Assembly: GCA_964565725.1 (NCBI GenBank)
Contig: CAZMGA010000011.1
Span: 3,115-12,741 of the forward strand
Source of the DNA: an uncultured archaeon
GTDB lineage: Archaea > Iainarchaeota > Iainarchaeia > Iainarchaeales > 0-14-0-20-30-16
Reading direction: 5' to 3'
Length of the DNA stretch: 9,627 nucleotides
The notes under the pieces were generated by a model that was given only the letters and a program-made list of their open reading frames with translations, did no database searches and was not told the origin of the DNA. This document shows positions 5,533-9,627 of this stretch, piece by piece. The number at the start of each line of letters is the position of its first letter. Within the stretch, counting starts at the first letter, position 1. Made by a program: the position numbers and the translations under genes.

Positions 5533-6051
5533 TTATAATTTAATTCTATTCATTTTGTAATATGTAATATTTAAGTCATTATCAATCATAGCAAGAATTA
5601 AATTTGTGTTTAATCCTTGGGCCATTCTTATACTTTTAGAAAAAAAGTTTGGTTTAATACTCTTATTCTCATCAACAATTGATATAACATATTTAGTATG
5701 TGCTTCATCAATTTTTTTACCTAAAGGATAAACCCTAAAATCAAATCCAAATTTTAAACCAGTTTTAATAATATAGCCTAAAGATTTTATATCTTTATAC
5801 ACTAAATAGTTATTAAAAAAGAATTTATTGTTTTTTATTTGTTTTTTTATATATTCTTCTGTGCTTATAGGTTTATTTCTATGAATCAAATCTAATCTAT
5901 TATTTTCTAATAAATATAATGTTTCATAAATGTCTAAAATCAAATAATTTTTGTTTTTTATACCATATCCTTTAGATATTAATAAAGAGGAATAATTAAG
6001 ATTAGTTATTATTGTAGAATTGTTTTTTAACTCTCCTAAGTATTTTTTCAT
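5533..6051 (-). CDS. endA: tRNA-splicing (intron) endonuclease, short homotetramer-like form
   Basis: The 172-aa product aligns without gaps over its C-terminal half to Methanocaldococcus jannaschii EndA as I recall it: 'YLVYKDIKSLGYIIKTGLKFGFDFRVYPLGKKIDEAHTKYVISIV...IRMAQGLNTNLILAMIDNDLNITYYKM' against '[45 protein letters not shown]...VRVAHSVRKKLLIAIVDADGDIVYYNM'. The N-terminal domain is also colinear. Confidence 0.9.
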   Translation of the reverse strand: MKKYLGELKNNSTIITNLNYSSLLISKGYGIKNKNYLILDIYETLYLLENNRLDLIHRNKPISTEEYIKKQIKNNKFFFNNYLVYKDIKSLGYIIKTGLKFGFDFRVYPLGKKIDEAHTKYVISIVDENKSIKPNFFSKSIRMAQGLNTNLILAMIDNDLNITYYKMNRIKL

Positions 6052-6140
6052 TTTTATCCCTTAAGTCTTACTAATATTATACATTATATATACACGAAAG
6101 TATTTAAATGTTTAAACATTATATCTATTGAGGTGGTTTT
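6052..6140. promoter_or_regulatory. divergent promoter region between endA(-) and the CBS gene(+), containing a 14-bp perfect palindrome
   Basis: 89-nt AT-rich spacer with several TATA-like elements (TATATATA 6086-6093, TATTTAAA 6101-6108, TTTAAA 6111-6116). It contains the perfect palindrome AATGTTTAAACATT (6107-6120), SD GAGGTGG (6130-6136) for the plus gene, and TTAAGGGATA (complement of 6055-6064) for endA. Confidence 0.4.
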
Positions 6141-7181
6141 ATGGTAAGTTGGTACGATTTAACAAAAAAACATTTTAAAACATTAGAATCTAGTAATACT
6201 ATATCTAAAATAATTCCTATTTTAAAGAAGGAAAAAGAAGTATTAATAGTAGATAATGGCAAATATAAAGGTATAATTTTGAGAAAAGATGTATTGAAAC
6301 AAGACCTTTTATTGTCTGAAACAAAAATATCTAATTATATTTATAAACCACCAATTTTAGAAAAAAAACATTCTAATTTGGATGTTGCAAAATTTTTTAT
6401 CGAAAGTGGGGCAATATTTTTACCTGTAATTGAGTCTAGTAAAGTAGAATCTATACTTTACAGAGCAGATTTCTTAAATTTTATTGTTTGTGAAGATTTA
6501 AAAAAAGTTAAAGTTTTAGATTTAATGAATATTAACCCAAAAGTAATTTCTCCAGACTATAATTTAGCAAAAGTAATATCTGTATTTCAAGAAAACAATT
6601 TGTCTAAGTTAGTAGTTTATGATAAAAAAATTTTAGGTGTTATTACATTATCAACAATATTAAATTATTTTATGAATACAGATAAATTAACTAAAACTGT
6701 ATTACAAAATACTTTAGTAAAACAAGTTATGAAAGAACCAATTATTATAAATAAAAATGCATCTATATCTGAATTAATGGATTTTTTTATAAACAAAAAT
6801 GTATCTTCAATAATTGTTGCTAATAATAATGATTTATTAGGAATAGTAACAAAAACAAATATTTTAGAATATTATATTTATAAAAATAGTAAGGACTCTA
6901 AAAACTCAGTTATGCAAATATCTGCAAAATTTTCAGGTTTAGATAAAAAAGATATTGAAGATAGATTTGAAGCATTACAGAAATATATTGATAAGGATTC
7001 TAAGATTTTTGTTTATTTTAAATTAGGTAAAGAAAAATTTAGAGGTTTGCCTTTAGTAAATTGTAGAGTGCGAGTTTTATTGCCTAAGAAAAATTTTAAT
7101 GTTTCTGTTGAAAGTTGGGGTATTGAACATTCAATTGAATTAGCAATACAAAAACTAAAAAGAATGATGGGTAATTTTTAA
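6141..7181 (+). CDS. four-CBS-domain (two Bateman modules) protein with a C-terminal HPF/RaiA (S30AE)-like domain
   Basis: Four CBS repeats are recognisable, for example '...KVISPDYNLAKVISVFQENNLSKLVVYDKKILGVITLSTILNYF' and 'VMKEPIIINKNASISELMDFFINKNVSSIIVANNNDLLGIVTKTNILEYY'. The last ~89 aa (6912-7178) read 'MQISAKFSGLDKKDIEDRFEALQKYIDKDSKIFVYFKLGKEK...VNCRVRVLLPKKNFNVSVESWGIEHSIELAIQKLKRMM'. This parallels the beta-alpha-beta-beta-beta-alpha pattern of bacterial HPF/YfiA. The CBS call is confident and the HPF-like call is tentative. Confidence 0.85.
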   Translation: MVSWYDLTKKHFKTLESSNTISKIIPILKKEKEVLIVDNGKYKGIILRKDVLKQDLLLSETKISNYIYKPPILEKKHSNLDVAKFFIESGAIFLPVIESSKVESILYRADFLNFIVCEDLKKVKVLDLMNINPKVISPDYNLAKVISVFQENNLSKLVVYDKKILGVITLSTILNYFMNTDKLTKTVLQNTLVKQVMKEPIIINKNASISELMDFFINKNVSSIIVANNNDLLGIVTKTNILEYYIYKNSKDSKNSVMQISAKFSGLDKKDIEDRFEALQKYIDKDSKIFVYFKLGKEKFRGLPLVNCRVRVLLPKKNFNVSVESWGIEHSIELAIQKLKRMMGNF

Positions 7182-7207
7182 GCCTTAATATAAGGCTTAT
7201 TTTTTTT
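7179..7207. terminator. stem-loop plus T8 tract between convergent genes
   Basis: TAAGCCTTA (7179-7187) and TAAGGCTTA (7191-7199) are exact reverse complements around the loop ATA. Eight T (7200-7207) follow on the plus strand. The stem begins in the CBS gene stop codon, and the T-run overlaps the stop of the minus-strand gene (7206-7208). An oligo-T tract is the established archaeal termination signal. Confidence 0.55.
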
Positions 7208-7730
7208 ATTTTAATCTCATTAAAATATCTCTTTGATTTTCTAAAATATCTTGCATTATTTTTCTTAAAACTTCTATTTTTGCATCAATATTATCTAATT
7301 TATTATCTATATTTTTATGGCTTGAATCCAAATTTAAATTCATTTTTTCAATATCTTTTAAATTATCATTATTAGACATTTTTATTATTGATTCATTTAA
7401 ATCATTTATTTTGGTTTCTACATTTCTTACTACTTTTTCATGATCATTTATTTTATCTGTAGCCATCTCGGCTACATTCATTGCTAAATTACTTGCTAAT
7501 TTTGCCTCATCTGCATTTATTTTTGTTTTTTCTTCTGGGCTTAAATTTTGTATATCTTCTTCTGGTTTTTCTTTTTCAGAATTATCTGGTTTTTCATTTA
7601 CGTTTTGTTTTAATGCTTCATTTATTATGTCTTCATCAAAACCAATATCTTTTAACATGCTTTTAATTTCTTCATTACTTAAACCTGAGTTTCTTAAATT
7701 AGCAATTGTTTCTAACACACTATTGTCCAT
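7206..7730 (-). CDS. hypothetical protein: N-terminal UBA-like helical domain, acidic linker, C-terminal coiled coil
   Basis: 174-aa ORF. 'LETIANLRNSGLSNEEIKSMLKDIGFDEDIINEALKQ' resembles a UBA/TS-N-type three-helix module. It is followed by an E/K/P-rich linker and about 90 aa with heptad-like repeats. TTAAGGGATA sits 3 nt upstream of the ATG. Confidence 0.65.
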   Translation of the reverse strand: MDNSVLETIANLRNSGLSNEEIKSMLKDIGFDEDIINEALKQNVNEKPDNSEKEKPEEDIQNLSPEEKTKINADEAKLASNLAMNVAEMATDKINDHEKVVRNVETKINDLNESIIKMSNNDNLKDIEKMNLNLDSSHKNIDNKLDNIDAKIEVLRKIMQDILENQRDILMRLK

Positions 7731-7797
7731 ATATATCCCTTAAAGCTAATTATTATATAATATAATTATTTATATATGTTTCCCTATTTAATATGTT
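7731..7797. promoter_or_regulatory. divergent promoter region between 7206..7730(-) and 7798..9213(+)
   Basis: 67-nt AT-rich spacer. A TATA-like ATTTATATAT (7768-7777) is centred about 25-26 nt upstream of the ATG at 7798. That gene has no SD, which fits a leaderless transcript. TTAAGGGATA (complement of 7734-7743) precedes the minus-strand ATG. Confidence 0.35.
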
Positions 7798-9213
7798 ATG
7801 GATTATCCGTATGGCCCTTGGAAAGAATTATTTGTTGGAATTTATGATGATTATAGTCTTAGACTTTTATTTAATCAAGATGGGTTAATAATTTCTGAAA
7901 TTTTAAATAAAGATAAAACTAAAGCTGTATTATCATTAACTCAAATTATGGGTGTTTTTGGAGATTCCGAAGCATTTATAGAATCAATATCTAAAAGTGC
8001 AATATATTTAAATATTCATGACAATTCAAACTCTAAATATCTTTTATTGCAAAGTAATCAAGAAATTTTAAATTATAATGTTAAAGACGTAAATGACTTT
8101 TTAAATTATCAATACAAAGATTTAATGAGAGACTTGAGAAATTTACAAAATATTTCCGAATCTTACGAAATAAATGTTAAATTATATAATGAATTGCCAA
8201 ATGATTTAAAAACAAAAATATTTTCTAACCCTTTAAATTTATTTTCATTTATAACTAAACCTAAAGTTACAAGTTCACAAAAAGTAAAAGAAGAAATAAA
8301 TAAAACTTTATTTTTAGGTTTTTATAGAAATAATGATGAAAAAGTAATAGAAAAAATAGAACAATTTTCAAATACTTTAATAATAGGTAATAATAAATTA
8401 ATATTTAAAACAATGATTGAAAATTTTTCAATTAATGGTATTAATACTGTTGTTTTTTCAGATTCTAAAGATATTATAAATATGAAATATCCTAATGAAG
8501 ATAAAAATATTTCTAATAAAAATATAACACCTATAGGCTTTCCGCTAAAAGAAAAAATTATTGGCGAGGACATTTATGTAAATTTATCTGAATTACCTTT
8601 AAATAGTTTTTTAGAATTAAATAATATTGACGATTCAAATGTAGCGGATTTGATTAATGATATTATTTCAAATAAAAAACCAAAAACACTAGATAATTTA
8701 ATTAAAGAATTAGATGAATTTAAATATAATGATAAATATAATTTTTATGATGTACATTTAACTATTAGAATTTTAAATATTATAAAACAAAAAAATCCAG
8801 GAATTTATTTAGGAGATAGTTCAGTTTCCAATTTAAATAAAGATAACAACAATTTAGGTACTATAAATTTTATTAAATTAAATAAATTAGACACTGATAA
8901 AATAATAATTTATAACATAATTAAAAAGATTGTGAATAATATAGATGATAGACCCGTAGCAATTTTTGTAGAAAATTTGCAAGATTACTTTAATAATGAA
9001 AATGATAATATAACTAAAGATTTTTATAATTTGTTTAACAAAAAAACTCAAAATTATTTTATTTTTAGTGTTTTAACTGAAATTGATTTGCCTAAAGAAT
9101 TTAGTAGTAATTTTTCTGCAAAGTTATCTTCAGTTGATGATTTAGATATAGGCTTAAATTTAAAAGATTCTAAACCTTTTAGATTTATTTTAAGACCTAC
9201 TTTATCAAAGTGA
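7798..9213 (+). CDS. HerA/FtsK-clade (DUF87-like) P-loop NTPase homologue with deviant Walker A and B motifs
   Basis: The 471-aa ORF follows the layout of archaeal DUF87/HerA ATPases. 'LFLGFYRNNDEKVIEKIEQFSNTLIIGNNKLIFKTMIENFSINGINTVVFSDSKD' sits where 'lG....v.l....l.rH.lI.G.TGSGKS.....l.e.....g..vlifD..gEy' would be. 'PVAIFVENLQDYF' corresponds to 'p.llviDEAH.f', 'YFIFSVLTEIDLP' to 'l.lvTQrPsdl', and the terminal 'FRFILRPT' to 'v.vrpR.T'. Stop TGA at 9211-9213. Confidence 0.55.
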   Translation: MDYPYGPWKELFVGIYDDYSLRLLFNQDGLIISEILNKDKTKAVLSLTQIMGVFGDSEAFIESISKSAIYLNIHDNSNSKYLLLQSNQEILNYNVKDVNDFLNYQYKDLMRDLRNLQNISESYEINVKLYNELPNDLKTKIFSNPLNLFSFITKPKVTSSQKVKEEINKTLFLGFYRNNDEKVIEKIEQFSNTLIIGNNKLIFKTMIENFSINGINTVVFSDSKDIINMKYPNEDKNISNKNITPIGFPLKEKIIGEDIYVNLSELPLNSFLELNNIDDSNVADLINDIISNKKPKTLDNLIKELDEFKYNDKYNFYDVHLTIRILNIIKQKNPGIYLGDSSVSNLNKDNNNLGTINFIKLNKLDTDKIIIYNIIKKIVNNIDDRPVAIFVENLQDYFNNENDNITKDFYNLFNKKTQNYFIFSVLTEIDLPKEFSSNFSAKLSSVDDLDIGLNLKDSKPFRFILRPTLSK

Positions 9214-9217
9214 TATT

Positions 9218-9627
9218 ATGAAGGAATTATTTAATCCAAAAACAATAGCCGTAATAGGAGCTTCAAATAAAAAAGGCAAAATTGGAAATACAATTTTAGA
9301 AAATTTATTAATATCTAAAAAATCTATTTATCCTATTAATTTAGATGAAAAGAAAATTTTAGGCTTAAAAGCATATCCTTCTTTAAAAAATATACCTATA
9401 AAAAATTTAGATTTAGCGATAATTGCAGTTCCTAAAAATTATGTTTTAAATGTTTTACAAGATTGTGTTGTTAAAAAAACTAAATATGTTATTATCATAA
9501 GTTCTGGTTTTAAAGAAGCAGGAGATTTAGATTCTGAATTGAAAATAAAAGATTTTGCAAAGAAAAATAAAATAAGAATAATTGGTCCAAATGTTTTAGG
9601 AATATATGATAATTATTCAAATTTAGA
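9218..9627 (+). CDS. acetate--CoA ligase (ADP-forming)/acyl-CoA synthetase, N-terminal CoA-binding domain (3' end cut by window edge)
   Basis: This ORF is absent from the ORF track because it has no stop in the window. The ATG at 9218 lies 4 nt after the upstream TGA and is preceded by an SD-like AAGTGAT. 'LFNPKTIAVIGASNKKGKIGNTILENL...IYPINLDEKKILGLKAYPSLKNIP..LDLAIIAVPKNYVLNVLQDC..KKTKYVIIISSGFKEAGD...AKKNKIRIIGPNVLGI' is the CoA-binding/succinyl-CoA-synthetase-like pattern of archaeal ADP-forming acetyl-CoA synthetase. Confidence 0.85.
   Translation, partial: MKELFNPKTIAVIGASNKKGKIGNTILENLLISKKSIYPINLDEKKILGLKAYPSLKNIPIKNLDLAIIAVPKNYVLNVLQDCVVKKTKYVIIISSGFKEAGDLDSELKIKDFAKKNKIRIIGPNVLGIYDNYSNL

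Noticed and set aside
7481-7666. 61-aa plus-strand ORF antisense to the UBA/coiled-coil gene
   Set aside because: The same reasoning applies: it is an antisense shadow ORF with a Leu/Phe-rich low-complexity product and no translation signals.
8322-8573. 83-aa minus-strand ORF inside the HerA-like gene
   Set aside because: It is an antisense shadow ORF. The host plus-strand ORF is long (471 aa) and has recognisable family block order.
1-9627. tRNA, rRNA, CRISPR arrays, transposases/integrases, prophage or defence-island content
   Set aside because: The intergenic gaps are at most 89 nt, too short for a tRNA or a repeat-spacer array. I saw no regularly spaced direct repeats, no terminal inverted repeats flanking any gene, and no recombinase, nuclease-toxin or restriction-modification-like signatures in the translations.
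1-9627. Alternative genetic code or bacterial (Mollicutes/low-GC Firmicute) origin, suggested by the extreme AT content
   Set aside because: TAA, TAG (4643-4645 and 5083-5085 on the minus strand) and TGA (9211-9213) all end ORFs at sensible gene boundaries, and long ORFs tile the window under the standard code. NAC, EndA and ADP-forming acetyl-CoA synthetase are archaeal/eukaryal-type markers.

Overview
By eye this window is extremely AT-rich and almost entirely coding. It is archaeal: it encodes a NAC (nascent polypeptide-associated complex) protein, a roughly 170-aa homotetramer-type tRNA-splicing endonuclease (EndA), and the start of an ADP-forming acetyl-CoA synthetase. Start codons are preceded by pieces of the archaeal Shine-Dalgarno (SD) consensus GGAGGTGAT. 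The compactness (0-12 nt gaps inside operons, two convergent gene pairs with no spacer) and the N/K/I/Y-rich proteins suggest a small-genome, DPANN-like archaeon, but lineage cannot be settled from this window. I support 13 CDSs in seven alternating-strand transcription units. They are an FtsX-type ABC permease (5' partial), a basic coiled-coil hypothetical, a SIMPL/DUF541 protein, a signal-anchored Asn-rich surface protein and NAC. On the minus strand sits a tightly coupled four-gene operon: EndA, a variant HIT protein, a Whirly-like ssDNA/RNA-binding protein and an HExxH metalloprotease-like protein. The rest are a 4xCBS protein with an HPF/RaiA-like C-terminal domain, a UBA-like plus coiled-coil protein, a HerA/DUF87-like protein with deviant Walker motifs, and the acetyl-CoA synthetase (3' partial). 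I found no tRNA, rRNA, CRISPR array or mobile element. The candidates most worth follow-up are the Whirly-like protein and its EndA-HIT-Whirly-HExxH operon, the CBS/HPF-like fusion, and three enzymes whose catalytic motifs are altered (HIT HxYxQ, EndA Lys->Thr, HerA-like Walker A/B). All homology calls come from reading the translations and from remembered family motifs. No database search was run.
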